Source of the DNA: Octopus sinensis
Lineage: Eukaryota
Direction: 5' to 3'
Length of the DNA stretch: 64,000 nucleotides
NCBI RefSeq assembly: GCF_006345805.1
Contig: NC_043017.1
Location: forward strand, 13,206,001 to 13,270,000
A model generated the notes under the pieces. That model saw only the letters and a program-made list of their open reading frames with translations. It was not told the DNA's origin and did not search any database. Positions 26,101-39,467 of the stretch are shown here, piece after piece. Made by a program: the position numbers and the translations under genes. Within the stretch, counting starts at the first letter, position 1; each line of letters opens with the position of its first letter.

Positions 26101-29100
26101 GCATCATGATCGTAAGATTGTGGTTTCGATTCCTGGACCAAGCGACGCGTTGTGTTCTTGAGCAAAACACCTCATTTCACGTTGCTCCAGTTCACTCAGC
26201 TGGCAAAAAGGAGTAACGCTGCGATGGACTGGCATCCCATCCAGCTGGGGAACACATACACCATAGAAACTGGGCACATGAGCCTGCGTAGGCTTTAAAA
26301 AGGGCGCATTTTTCTTTTATAATAATTTATGATTTGCATTTATATTCCTGAATGAGAAAGATGATTGAAAGAGGCACTGTTTTTTGGTGCCATAAAAGCT
26401 GGCACTCTATCAGTTGTAATGATGAGGATTCCAATTGATTTGGTTAACAGAACAGCCTGCTTATGAAATTAATGTCCAAGTGGCTGAGAACTCCACAGAC
26501 ACGTGTTCACTTAATGTGGTTCTCAGGGAGATTCAATGAGACACAGAATATGGTTGAAACACAGATACTACTCCTTTTTGCCAACTGAGTGAACTGAAAC
26601 AACATGAAACAAAGTTTTCTTGCTCATGGACACAATACGCTGCCAGGAATCAAATTCATGACCTTACAATTGTAAGTCAAATACCCTAACCACTAAGCCA
26701 AGTGTCTTCACTGCTATCAAAACGGCTCGCAGTACATTCTATAAATTGGTTGGCATTTGGAAAGTAATCCAGCAATATAAACAATACCAAAGCAGACAGG
26801 GGAGCTCCGTACATTCCTCTGGTTTGTCAGACCCTGTCAAACCATCCTTGGCTGAATTATTAGCATGTCAGACAAAATGGTTAATGGCAATTCTTCTAGC
26901 TCTTTATGTCCAGAGTTCGAATCCCATTAAGACTGACTTTGCCCTTTATCTTTTCTGAGCCAATAATACAAAGTACCAGTCAAGTACTAGAATTGAGTTC
27001 CGCTCTTCTTAAAATTGCTAACTTTGTGCCAAAATTTGAAACAACAGCAGCAACAACTACTACAAGTAGCAGCTGTTGAGCCCCAATATGGCAGGCCTAT
27101 GATAAAAGGTATAAAGGCGGTGAGCTGGCAGAAACGTTAGCATGCCGGGCGAAATGCTGAGTGGTATTTCGTCTGTCACAACGTTGTGAGTTCAAATTCT
27201 GCCGAGGTCAACTTTGCTTTTCATCCTTTCGGTGTCGATAAATTAAGTACCACTGGGGTTGATGTAATCCACTTAATACCTATGTCTGTCCTTGTTTGTC
27301 CCCTCTATGTTTAGCCCCTTGTGGGTAATAAAGAAATAGGTATTCTGGCCATGACAATCCTGTATGTTAGGGGCATTGACAACTATATTATCCATTTTGT
27401 CTTTTGTTCGTAGGCCTGCCATACAGGAGCTCAGCAGCAACAGTAAAATAATATTGTTAGAAAGTCCAATATCTATCATCAGTTTTTAACTTTATTCTCA
27501 TATTAAATAATGTAAGAAATGGAAAATGAATTTTGGATACCTGTCTCAATTTTTGCTCCGACCGACTCAACATCTGTAGAGGAGCAACAGCAAACACACC
27601 TAGTACATCTAATCCACCAGGTAACATTCTGGTCACCTGTCAATATAATAACAATGAATTATACAAACAGGAGAAATAAGAAATTGTATAGAAATCTGTG
27701 TATCATACTTAACCCTTTAGCATTCAGATTATTCTGTCAAATGTAATGCTTATTTATTCATTGTTTTGAACTAATCATGCATCATCTTGCAGCTTTGAGA
27801 TTTTTGTGATGTGATTTCTGATTTTTAGAAGGACATTCCAGGGTAGGTACGAGAGGTTGCATCTAACTGGCTTGAACATAAAACAGGTAGAATATTTAGG
27901 CTGGATATGGCCGGTCTGAATGGTAAAGGGTTAAAAGAGACACATCGAGGAAAGCCAAATTAATTGCAGTATTTGTCAGGATAATATCTATATATATAAA
28001 ACTGTAGTTGTGTGAGTGTCTGTCCCCTTCGATTTAGATTCCTAACTACTCCCACATTTTGCGGTGCAGTTTAACCAAATTCGGGTATCTTATAGTCGTG
28101 ATTCATATCGAGCCCGTCTGAGTATTAGCGCGCGTCTATGATGAGTCTACGATTTTAAAAATAATTTAACATCATTTTTTATTCCATTTTAATGCATAAT
28201 TTTTCGTGTGTCGATGGCGGCGGAGTTGGCGTCCATGGTCACACCTGCACCTGTTTGCTTCTCCCCCTTCTTCCCTCCCTCGTGAAGCTGTGGGGAAGGG
28301 AGTGTAAGGAAATCAACGTCGTAAAGCGTTGTCAAGGAGACCAGCGTTCTTTTAGAACGACTTCATGGCTTGAAGACACCAAAACAGAAATGGCTAAGAA
28401 AGCCCGAATTGGCATCTATAAGGGAAGTAACTCTCTAAAAATGCTTATATAGTTATTTCCCTTACAAACCCGAGCAACGCCGGGTGATACTGCTAGTCTC
28501 TTATAAATGTATAGTGTTAAATGACACAAATATATATTAGTGGTAGATGCAAATCATCGGGCTGTGGTGGTTAGAATGCTAGATGTGGTTTCCACCTCGG
28601 AGGATGCAGAGGGGCTCACACAGGACCACCAGCGATGGAGAGCACTGATGGACCTGGCTGGCTCTCCACAAGACAATGTATCTGAGACCATTAACCTGGG
28701 ACAACCCAAACCCCATCAAGCAAGAGCATGATGAAAGCAAGCAGCAAGCAAGGTCATGCTGTAGCACCACGTTGAAGGGTTTTAATTGAATAAATCAATT
28801 GCAGTACTTAATTTGAGCCTGGTACTTATTCTATTAGTCCCTTTCGCCAAACTGCTAAATTAGGGGGACATAAACAAACCAACATTAGTTGTCAAGCAGC
28901 AGGCAATGGTGTTAAGTACAGGCACAAAGATATGCACACAAATATATACAGGCTTCCACACAATTTCCACTGACCAAATTCATTTGCACGGCATTGGTTG
29001 GCCCAAGGTGTTGTACAGTGGGACTGAACCAAAGACCTCGTAGTTGCAAAGTGAGCTCCTTAACTACACTGTTATGATGCATCTAAGGCAGGAGAAAAAA

Positions 29101-32100
29101 ACAAAAACATAAAAATATGTTGAGAGGGAATTCCAGAGGGATGGCATTATAGAGAGGAAGGACTGAGGAAGTGGAGTTCTATATTTAAGAGATGAGTAAC
29201 TATGTACATTATTTACATTTGATGAGTACATGGCGTAGTGGTTAAGAGCATGGGTTACTAACCCCAAGATTCCGAGTTCAATTCCAAGCAGTGACCACAA
29301 TAATAATACTGATGATGATGATGATGATAACATTGAAAAATACCTTAGGAATGAGAATCCAGGTTGGAAATTTCCCCAAGACACCTGATGAAGGCTGGAG
29401 GGTCTATCAACCTAAATGTGTTAACAACAAACAAGATGAGGACAAATATCCACATCAAATGTAAATAATGATTGAGGAAGTGGTTAGTAAGGTTATAGTG
29501 GAACTGCACATGAAATTGCTGACCAGAGAAAGAGGAGGGAAGGAGGGAAAGAGTCACTACACCGTTGCTCATCTTGCTAGAAATAGTAGCCTAACTTCCC
29601 ATCAAAAAAAGTAAGAACACTGGTATACTAAATGATGGGATGGTCATGGTTGGAACACCTTCAATCACCTTCATTAGTGCTAACCTGGAGCTGGCTAACA
29701 GCAATAATAAAAGCAACAACATGAGATGCAGAGTGATACCTTGTGGTAGCTGTAGACGTACCTGTTTGGCATGTGTTGCAAGCCATTGGTCGTTGAGTTC
29801 TTCTAAGCTCTTTGGTTTGGAACTGGTCTTCTTTGGTGCCGGTGTTTCCTGTTCCATATCAGACACTTCGTCTTCCACAGGGTCTGGGGTGACAGTTGCA
29901 TGCAGGACATAATTCTTTTGATGAGTGAACTAGAATAGAATTAAAACAAAACAGAAAATAACAACACAAAAAAAAGGTGGGAAAATCAGACATTGCCTCC
30001 ATCATCTACTACTGCCTGACTTTTGTCCCTTGCCCTGCTTCATTGATCAAGCTGAAGTACTCTTTCTGTGGAAGGAACAGGTTTTATTTGTCAGATGGTC
30101 CATTTACTGTGACTGATAACACACAGACAAGTGCTGAAGCTGTGACAACTCCAGCAATTCCTTGATGGTGCACAGGTGTGGTTGCTGTTTGTCAAATAGG
30201 ATTTTCTGCAGCTTGTCTCATTGGTGCAGCCACAGTCTTGGATCAAGTGTAAGTCAAAACAGGTCTCTTGGGCCCTGGAGTGTCATCAAGTGCTCACAAC
30301 CCCCTGTCAGTTGGGCAATGCAGTTGGTTGAAGTTCCACCTTGGGGTTCTATAGGGGATTAGTGGTAGGCAAGAGTAATGGTATCCTCTAGAAATCTCTG
30401 GTCAGATTAGTTGGCCGGTCTTTTCTAAAGGACATTTGGACCGAACCTATGGCCTATGGATAATTTTCAGAAATCGCTGACTTGACAGTACTACCATGGG
30501 TCTCTGTTGTTTCAAGATAAGCTCTACAGGCATGGAAATGCTGTCAGATGGTCTAGCCAAGATGCGCATGGTGATGAACCTATTCTGCAAGCACTCATCC
30601 AGTTACTGACTCGTGGAGCATTGTCAAACAGTACATGTAGGGCAGATCTGGCTGACGTCCAAGTTCATCTTGAGGATCATATTGTCGCCTTTCTTTGGCT
30701 ACGATGAAAGAGGCAGTGTATTGGATGAGGCTGAAAGGAAGACAGATACTTTCCTTTTCAGCCAAAACCTGATTGACTTTCTCAAACTGAAAAGGGAAGT
30801 GGAGGGTGGAGAGGGAAGTGCTACCCATCAGTGTTTTTGATGAAATACCGGTCAAGGTGGTGAGGATGGCCCATGTAACTGGGCCTACTCTGAGCATGAA
30901 CCTGTAGTCTAGAGGGAATGAAGAAACAAAGGGTGCTTGCCTGATGTGCTCCTGGGGTGTTCAGGATGTGTACAGGAATGGAGCTCTCCCCCTGGGAGAA
31001 TTTTATTGTTTAATATTTTATTGTTAATTGTTACTGTTTTACATGTAAGCCCCTACTGTCCTCTGTTTTGTATCGCCATTTGTTTTGAGTGCAGCACTTG
31101 TGGCCAATAAAGAAAAAAAATCATTATTTTCATTAAGGCTGTGGCATAACTACACATGTGTACTCCACCGATTTCGTTGCCTCATAAATTCCAGAAAAAT
31201 GGATACTTTTTAACGAGATTTTTCAACAAAAGTCGGATCGTGTGAATTTTCCGAAACTCCTTTCCCCTAGCAAAACTTTTTTTCACAAAAAGATATCCCC
31301 CCCCCCCCATCATTTCGAAGGCTGTGGTGACATTTTAAAAAATGGGGAAAATCCCAGTCAAAATGGAGTAGTTCAAACTTATTTGGTCTTCCTGATCCCA
31401 AACTCGGATCTTTTCATTATCGTGGCCAGTTTTTTCAAATTTTTCCTACTGAACCAAACAATTTGAAACTTCGTATACTGGTAGAATGTGTCAAAAGTAA
31501 ACTTAATTGTAAACCAGAATGAAAACGGAATTGTAACTTCTAAGTTTAACATTGTTTAATAATTAGAATTTTAACCAATATCCATTTTCCTTAAAGTTAT
31601 GAAGGAAAAAAGTTGGATCGTATGAATTTTCCGAAACTCCTTTCCCCACCCCCTCGGAAAATTTTTTTCCTATAAATCCCTAGATACTTTGAATCCACAG
31701 CATCTAAGCGGTATTTATTGAAAATTTCATTAAAAACTATCCATTTTTCTGAAAGTTATGAAGCAACATGTTATGAAGTCGGTGGGGTACACATCTGTAG
31801 TTATGCCAAGGCGGCGAGCCGGCAGAATCGTTATCGCACCGGAAAACTGCTAAGCGACGTTTCTTCCAACTTTATGTTCTGAGTTCAAATGCCGCCGGAA
31901 CTGACTTTCTTTTTCATCATTTAGGGGTACTAGTTTAGCATTGAAGTCGATGTAATCGACTTCCTCGAAATTGTTGGCCCTGTGCCAAAATTTGAAGCCA
32001 TTTATTATTATTATTATTATTATTAAATGGCTCCGTCCTGTAGAGATTGTGGATATGACCATGGATAACCTTATAAGGTAAAAATATCCTTTATTAGTAT

Positions 32101-35100
32101 ATACCCGCTAAACAGCAAAATCAATACCTGAGAAAGTCTGAATAGCAAATCAATAGAGATTATAGCAACCAATCACTGCAGCTCCGTAAACTACACGATC
32201 GCCGCATTACAAAAATATAGTCTGCGTAGTAAAGAATACAGCTTGTTGTGGACTAATGCAGGTGTAGTGGTCTTCATTCATTGAATGATTAAGCAAATAA
32301 AATTAACTTTAAAACTTACTTACGCTTACTTCAGGTAATAAATCAACGTTCAGCCAGCTAGATATAGCAACCAAATCTCCCCCCACATCATCATATCTTA
32401 TAGTCAAGGAATTAGATTAAAGGTAAAATGACCAGATTTAATTTCGTTACATCTGATACAGTAGTGTTTTACATTGAAAAACCTCGATGGAGAAAAAGCT
32501 AATCACGAAACCGACAGGTATACATCATCTATGATAATTCCATTTACCTCTAGAATGCCTTTAAAGGGTTATAACCAATATGCCCCTTCCATCCCCAATT
32601 TACTTATATATTTCTTTACTACCCACAAGGGGCTAAACACAGAGAGGACAAACAAGGACAGACAAACAAGGACAGACAAACGGACTCCAGTGCGCAACTG
32701 GTACTTAATTTATCGACCCCGAAAGGATGAAAGGCAAAGTCGACCTCGGCAGAATTTGAACCCAGAACGTATACCGCTAAGCATTTCGCCCAGCGTGCTA
32801 ACGGTTCTGCCAAGCTCGCCTTTACTTATAACTCATAAAGTACCAGTTCTATACAGAAGGGTATCGTACTTAGCCGCAGACCATGGGTTTACAGTCTATG
32901 GAAACAAAAAGTTGTTCTAATTAAATATTATCTTTTGTCAGTTCTTGATTACGAATATTGTGTATTAATCACTGCGTATCAATAGCGTGTTAATTAACTG
33001 TTAGGTACACTTTTAAGTATCCAATTAAAGTACAAAAGTAATTTTTTATGACGTCAGAATTAACTGTGCCTCTTAAAATATCAATTGTAGAGTTTATTAT
33101 AGGCTACAGTTACGTTGCCAATATTTTTCAGGATCAACAATTAAGGCACCAAGTTATATGGCAAAAGTATTTAGCATCAAGTCAGTCTAGGTATACTGTA
33201 TACCTTGGTGCAACGTTGTGAGTTCAAATTCCGCTGAGGTCGACTTTGCCTTTCATCCTTTCGGGGTCGATAAATTAAGTACCAGTTACGCACTGGGGTC
33301 GATGTAATCGACTTAATACCTATGTCTGTCCTTGTTTGTCCCGTCTATGTTTAGCCCCTTGTCAGTAATAAAGAAATAGGTATACTGCATTCCAACTTGA
33401 AGGCTTTTCTTTTGTACTTATGAGATAAAATGATGGTTTGATTAAAGTTTTAAATAGAACGACTCATTATCAACAAAAAAGGAAAAAAGAAAGTAATTTT
33501 GAAGTTTCTAACATCATTTTTAGTTCATTGACCCTCTTTACACACAAGTGGAAACTAGACCAGACAACATTGTTTGTTTACGGAAACTATGACAGCGACT
33601 AATAATATCCACATCCTTTTATATATTAAAACGGATTTTCACCAGGTCAGTGACTGGAATCCCGTTGGTTTATGCTTCTTTTAATGAGTGTATATAAATA
33701 TTAATGTCAGGGTATATATAAATAAATATTTTAATTATAACCATGAGACTTTGTTCCTTTTAATTTCTTGTTAAAGTAATTCGGTTTATAAATGGAACCT
33801 TGTATAACCTGAAAGACTGGTCCCTGTCTGCTCTAGGGCAATCCATTATCATTATTGTGAAAAATAAAAGGGCTCTTGCCCTGTCGGTCAGGCACCTGTG
33901 GCTTTTGTGGGGTTTTCCACGAGTAGCCTTAAGGCGCCTCTCCCTATTGGGAGTTTTATTTGTTTTGTCTTTGTTATTTTATTTACACTTCTAAAACCCT
34001 TTGTCTCGTCCTGTTTTGTCATTTCATATTACTTTTATGTTAGCCCTTGTGGCCAATTAAAGAATTATTATTATTATTATTATTATTATTATAAAATAAG
34101 TACCAGTTGAACACTGACGTCGATGTAATCGACTCATCCCCTTCCCTTGTGACAAAATTTGAAACTATTATTATTTATCCCGCCTCTCCAAATTCTGAGT
34201 TCAAATCCAGTCAAGGTCGACTTTGCTTTGAATAAGTGAGGTCAATGTATTCGGCGAGCCCTCGCCCACGAAATTTCCGACCTTGCCCCTAGAGTAGAAA
34301 GGATTATTATAATTATTGTACTGAAACTTCCACAGATATCCCAATTCAGAAATACTGCGGCTACTACCGTTGCAGTTGTTTAATTCGCACATCGGCCTTC
34401 ACATTAATGACATTCTCGCCGTGACCATCACGCCGATTTTTTCTTTTTCTTTCTTTTTTGTATATCTATAATTACATTGTCTAGTGTGTCCTGAGCGTGA
34501 TTATTGGGAGATTTAGCTATTAAAGCAAATTGAATCACATCATCCCTGACACTATATTGTCAAACACGAACATACAGCATCTCTCGAGAAGATCAAAGGC
34601 TTTTCAGCTGTCACCATCCTGTCTTCCGTCTTTCAAACATAGTATATCGAGGAGTACATTTTTAAATGTATCCTTTTTATGTTTTTAAGATGTTAGTGTG
34701 TAGTTACGAGATGAATTTGGATGCTAAATTCTGTCAGATAATGCCATTCCATGGAGAATTCATCATCGGCTGTTAGTAGTGGCGATTATATACACACCTT
34801 CAAGGTTAATTTATAATTACAAAAAAAATAATTAACTAAAGATTATACACCGTGAGTTAATTGGCGACCGATTAATTTGAAATAAAAGAATTCTAAAAAC
34901 GCAAGTGTGATTCTTACAAGCGAGATGAATAGACTGCACATGTTTCTACATACATACAGACAGACGTATACATATATACACATATACATATATTTATGGA
35001 TAACAAGATAGATAGATAGATAGTTGTAGTGCACCTGAGCACTGTATACAATAATTTCATTATTATTATTATTATAGACAGATAGATATAGACAATACAT

Positions 35101-35758
35101 ACATGCAGTATGTGTGACTAATATAAATATATATGACTAATATATATATGTATATATTATATGGATATATATATATATATATATAAAATTAATTAAGGGT
35201 AGAAGTTGATATTTATCAATCAAAACCAGTGGTCTAGCATATTAAAAAAGAATCCGAAGATTAAAATATTTATATATACCAATTAAGGACTGAACATGAA
35301 AAGTGGACAGTCAACATGCTAGATATAGACGTCAAATCGCCATTCTCCACAAAGATTATGTTCTCAAATCAAACTCAGCACATATATATATATGTGAGTC
35401 ACTGATATTAGTATTGACGTGCGGGTCCTATATATCTATATATTTACATCATCAGAAATTAACGAGGACTTTATCAATATATACCCACTTTATTCTCAAC
35501 ATCTAATAATATATTACTTTCCCCGTTAATTAAACCATATGGTTTATCACAACTTGGTATTTGTTTGATTGAGAGAAGAAGTAAAAATTTTAAAAAAAGT
35601 TTAATTAAATTGACATAGAGAGAAAATAATTAATGTTTATAAAACAGCGAATATTTAGTTACCTGTCCAATAAGTAATCCTATGTGCCAACTTCCTAAAG
35701 ACGATAGTTTTTCTAAATATTTCTGGACATGTTCGTCGACTAATATCGTCCTGCCCAT
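15140..35758 (-). CDS. ODR4: Protein odr-4 homolog (ODR4/C1orf27), 457 aa, 12 coding exons: complement(join(35663..35758, 29762..29929, 27541..27636, 25882..25988, 25212..25248, 24783..24920, 21859..22035, 21453..21569, 20279..20363, 18896..19078, 17661..17762, 15140..15207))
   Basis: All introns GT-AG with matching phases; 1374 nt total. Recognisable ODR4 motifs: MGRTILVDE..GLLIGQ, QWLATHAKQVTRMLPGGLDVLGVF, ERVIFQMCSVTKKYTCRTLD, PADWK, IIRSLVSRCELLCED, PVRVF..FCDYMFQDE, and a C-terminal hydrophobic anchor AVVAAIVAATASISFFFY. Matches are from memory of human ODR4. Confidence 0.93.
15345..15630 (+). mobile_element. SINE family 1, headless copy
   Basis: Starts at gtcgtatatatg; shares its 3' flank with the 13945-14362 copy. 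Confidence 0.85.
16058..16281 (-). mobile_element. SINE family 2
   Basis: Full-length reverse copy. Confidence 0.85.
16592..17052 (+). repeat. Direct duplication unit, copy 2
   Basis: About 11 differences against 11516-11977. Confidence 0.9.
17559..17596 (-). ncRNA. Penelope-type minimal hammerhead-like motif (CUGUAGA variant) within a ~150-bp repeat
   Basis: cttt CTGTAGA A GAGC atag GCTC GAAA CGTA aaag; the same repeat family recurs at about 38320-38460. Confidence 0.45.
19895..20116. mobile_element. piggyBac-type MITE
   Basis: TTAA target-site duplication; CCCTTT...AAAGGG termini. Confidence 0.75.
22248..22563 (-). mobile_element. Repeat family 4 (RTE-tail element with internal ~55-bp repeats, (GAT)n tail)
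   Basis: catcatcatcgtttaacgtccgtt..gctggatgcccttcctaa..ttttacgtgccacc. Confidence 0.75.
23686..23922 (+). mobile_element. SINE family 2
   Basis: Full-length copy. Confidence 0.85.
24450..24732 (+). mobile_element. Repeat family 4
   Basis: Same sequence, long (GAT)n tail. Confidence 0.75.
25455..25830 (-). mobile_element. 5'-truncated RTE-like LINE 3' end with (GAT)n tail
   Basis: Translation LDGTYTRLLMRAQN..RRVQFAGHC..YPDVISRDTG..MMDREVWRSMV, then a (TGA)n tail. Confidence 0.8.
27116..27343 (+). mobile_element. SINE family 2
   Basis: Near full-length copy. Confidence 0.85.
27713..27930. mobile_element. piggyBac-type MITE
   Basis: TTAA|CCCTTTAG...TAAAGGG|TTAA; same family as 19895-20116. 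Confidence 0.75.
27987..28496 (+). mobile_element. Non-autonomous Helitron
   Basis: A|TC 5' start; 3' CCCG-agcaacgc-CGGG hairpin followed by CTAG|T. Confidence 0.8.
31143..31807. mobile_element. Non-autonomous DNA transposon with ~30-bp TIRs
   Basis: GGCATAACTACACATGTGTACTCCACCGA ... TCGGTGGGGTACACATCTGTAGTTATGCC; internal ~100-bp direct duplication. Confidence 0.75.
32608..32822 (-). mobile_element. SINE family 2
   Basis: Reverse copy with small internal rearrangements. Confidence 0.8.
33212..33380 (+). mobile_element. SINE family 2, 5'-truncated
   Basis: Body and tail only. Confidence 0.8.
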
Positions 35759-36002
35759 TTTTTTGCGTTAATTACAACAAAACACGTTTCCTCCTGCTCA
35801 ACACGTCACAGACTGAAACTGACATTTGCTACAACACTACTTACCTCCCTTGCTTATACCTTTTTATTTATTTATTTATTTCCTTCACCAACCAAGGTGT
35901 TGATGGTGGTGGCGGTGTAGGAAATGCGGGGGTGGGGGTTTGCAGGAGTGGGGGTTTGCAGGAGTGGGGGGTACCTTGCACGACGTTCCTTTATTCTCTC
36001 TC

Positions 36003-36201
36003 TTTCTCTCTTTTACTTGTTTCAGTCATTTGACTGCGGCCATGCTGGAGCACCGCCTTTAGTCGAGCAAATCGACCCCGAGACTTATTCTTTTGTAAGC
36101 CCAGTACTTATTCTATCGGTCTCTTTTGTCGAACCGCTAAGTTACGGGGACGTAAACACACCAGCATCGGTTGTCAAGCAATGCTAGGGGGACAAACACA
36201 G

Positions 36202-36234
<33 letters not shown>

Positions 36235-36403
36235 CATATATACGACAGGCTTCTTTCAGTTTCTGTCTACCAAATCCACTCACAAGGCATTGGTCGGCCC
36301 GGGGCTATAGCAGAAGACATTTGCCCAAGATGCCACGCAGTGGGACTGAACCCGGAACCTTGTGGTTGGTTAGCAAGCTACTTACCACACAGCCACTCCT
36401 GCA
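36003..36403 (-). mobile_element. tRNA-derived SINE family 1
   Basis: Full-length reverse copy upstream of ODR4. Confidence 0.88.
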
Positions 36404-36640
36404 CCTATTGCTTCTATTTCTTTTACCTGTTTCGGTCATTGGGACACCACCTGGAATGGTTTTTATCATCATCATTAAATATTTGTTTTCATTGCTGTCA
36501 TGGGTTGGCTGGGTCAACAGGATCCAACAAGCAGCAGAGCTGCATAAGTCCCCCAATATCAGCTTCGGAATGGTTTCTATAGCCGGATACCCTTCCTAAC
36601 ACCATCTACTTCACAGTGTTTTTAATGTTTTAAATCAAGA

Positions 36641-37032
36641 GGCGCAGGAGTGGCTGTGTGGTAAGTAGCTTGCTTACCAGCCACATGGTTCCGGGTTCAG
36701 TCCCACTGCGTGGCACCTTGGGCAAGTGTCTTCTACTATAGCCTCGGGCCGACCAAAGCCTTGTGAGTGGATTTGGTAGATGGAAACTGAAAGAAGCTCG
36801 TCGTATATATATATGTGGGTGTTTGTGTGTCTGTTTGTCCTCCCAACATCGCTTGAAAACCGATGCTGGTGTGTCTACGTCCCCGTAACTTAGCAGTTCG
36901 GCAAAAGGGAACCAATAGAATAAGTACTAGGCTTACAAAGAATAAGTCCTGGGGTCGATTTGCTCGACTAAAGGCGGTGCTCCAACATGGCCGCAGTCAA
37001 ATGACTGAAAGAAGTAAAAAGAGAAGAAAAAG
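36641..37032 (+). mobile_element. tRNA-derived SINE family 1
   Basis: Full-length copy, head-to-head with 36003-36403. Confidence 0.88.
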
Positions 37033-37289
37033 AGAAAATAAATCATGCATTGTGTAAATAAGAGATGTAAATATATTTCTAAGAGATTAGATTGTCTAAT
37101 CCTCATTGTTCATCATTCTCACTTCAGCATCCACTTTTCCATGCTTGCATGGGCAAATGGAATTCATTGAGGTAGATTTTCTGTGGTTGACTGCCTTTTT
37201 AGCAATCAAATTCATTCACAGAGGTTGGTAGAAGACACTTGGCCAAGATGTCACAAGCTAACTTCTTAATCACAGAGTCATATAGAGAA

Positions 37290-37671
37290 GAAGCACTCCG
37301 TCGGTTACGACAATGAGGGTTCCGGTTGATCCGAATCAACGGAACAGCCTGCTCGTGAAATTAATGTGCAAGTGGCTGAGCACTCCACAGACACGTGCAC
37401 CCTTAACGTAGTTCTCGGGGATATTCAGCGTGACACAGAGAGTGACAAGGCCGGCCCCTTGAAATACAGGTACAACAGAAACAGGAAGTAAGAGTGAGAG
37501 AAAGTTGTGGTGAAAGAGTACAGCAGGGATCACCACCATCCCCTGCCGGAGCCTCGTGGAGCTTTTAGGTGTTTTCGCTCAATAAACACTCACAACGCCC
37601 GGTCTGGGAATCGAAACCGCGATCCTATGACCGCGAGTCCGCTGCCCTAACCACTGGGCCATTGCGCCTCC
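37290..37671 (-). mobile_element. tRNA-derived SINE family 3 (about 380 bp), young
   Basis: Head ggaggcgcaatggcccagtggttagg..ggtttcgattccc; TSD cagagtcatat. Confidence 0.9.
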
Positions 37672-38335
37672 CCAGAGTCATATCTACACCTATTTTTAAC
37701 CCAACACCCTACCTCCACCACATTATATAAATGAATAAAAAAAATCATCCTTGAACTTATCAAACTTGCCATCTACAATTGAACCTTTGTTATAGATCCT
37801 GAGTTGTCCACTTTGACCATGTTATGTATCACTGCTTCAAACACTTTTCCCCTTGTATATCCAGAAACTTCAGTGCAACTAATTTTCAGAATTGAGTATC
37901 TTTGATGCAAATAGTGTAAACACTCATCACAGAAAACCTGATTTCCCCCTACAATAACCAGAATTCTGAGATATAATTCAGGGTGATATGTCTGCCAATT
38001 ACTTTGTTGTTTCAGGAAGGTTGTAATGTCCATGGTAGTGAGAGCTTTTTTTTTTTTATTTGTTTCAGTCATTAGACTGTGGCCATGCTGGGGCCCCACC
38101 TTGAATTTTCAGTCAAATAAATTGACCACCATACTTATTTTTCTTTAACCCTGAAACTTATTCTACCAAGCTCTTTTGCTGAACTGCTAAATTATGCAGG
38201 TGGTGGTAGTGGGACATAAATGCATCACCACAGGTTCTCAAGCCATGGTGGGGGACAAGCACAGGCATGGCTAGATCGCTAGCCACTAAACCTTTTTACC
38301 TTTTTTATTTTCTCTGCCTGTTTATTTCTGTGTTC

Positions 38336-38373
38336 CTTTCTGTCGAAGAGCGTAGGCTCGAAATGAAAAAGAC
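38336..38373 (+). ncRNA. Penelope-type minimal hammerhead-like motif (CUGUCGA variant, degenerate)
   Basis: cttt CTGTCGA A GAGC gtag GCTC GAAA tgaaaaagac. Confidence 0.35.
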
Positions 38374-38774
38374 TTTCTCACTTCCCGAGCATTAAACTAA
38401 TACATCTGTTTGTTGTTTACACAACTGTCTTCATCTTTTGTTTTTTTGTAAATTCTCACTATCTATCTATAACGATGGTCCTCTTTCAGTTTCTGTCTAC
38501 CAAATCCACTCACAAGGCCTTGGTTGGCCTGAGGCTATAGAAGACATTTGCCCAATGTGTCACACAGTGGGTCTGAACCTAGAACCATGTGGTTAGGAAG
38601 CAACCTTCTTACCACACAGCCATGCCTGCATCTATACAGTTTTAACATTTCAGCAGGCAGTTAGAAAAGTTTTACCAATTACTAAATTCTTCAGGGTCTG
38701 AAAATGTTCAAAAACTGAAACACACACACACACACACAAATATCACCCTGGCCAATAAATGATAAAATATTTAA

Positions 38775-38994
38775 CCCTTTCGTTACTGTATTTATTTTGA
38801 GATACTCTGTGTTTTTTTCAATTACTTTAAATATAACAAAGAATTTAGTAAAATAACTTAGTTATCATTAAGCTAGTGTTAGGAACATAACTTGTGATTA
38901 AGGTTTGGTGGAAGATTTTAATTCAAAACTTATGAAAACAAAACATTTGTACTCAAAGCCAGAGCCGGTTTCAGCCGGGTTGGTAACGAAAGGG
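38775..38994. mobile_element. piggyBac-type MITE (second family)
   Basis: TTAA|CCCTTTCGTTAC...GTAACGAAAGGG|TTAA. Confidence 0.75.
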
Positions 38995-39129
38995 TTAAGA
39001 AAGGAAATGAAAATAGGTTCATTAATAAAACACACTTTAAATGAGATACTTATGATTTTTTTAAAACTTTATTATTTTAACATAAAATAGCCAGAAATTG
39101 TTATTCATTGGAAGATAATAAATCTTTGG

Positions 39130-39467
39130 TTTCATGAAGCTCCGGCATCTGGCGACGGACTTGGTAAACACCCACAAAGTTATCAACCACCTCACCAACA
39201 ACAACACTGAACACCTTTTTGATCGCCATGTGTCTAACACACGTGGACATGCCTACAAAGTCAGAAAACAACACAGCTCCCATGACTTTTGGAAACATTT
39301 TTTCACGCTCAGAGTTGCTGAAGCATGGAATAAACTGCCTGCGTCAGTTGTTGACTGCCATGACACTGCATCCTTTAAGGCCCTCATGCTTTCCGAAATC
39401 CGCCGAAACTACACCTGATTATATATACACTTTAGATGAGTTGTAGTGCACCTGAGCACTGTACACA

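Noticed and set aside
35400-35460. ctgatga..cacgtc on the - strand as another hammerhead
   Set aside because: GAAA and stem II are too degenerate to support.
37336-37539. Recurring MVVIPAVLFHHNFLSL.. ORFs (also at 43069, 50310, 52531)
   Set aside because: Translations of SINE family 3.
37600-37671. tRNA-like cloverleaf with A/B boxes
   Set aside because: It is the SINE head continuing into the SINE body in several copies; no true tRNA gene is supported.
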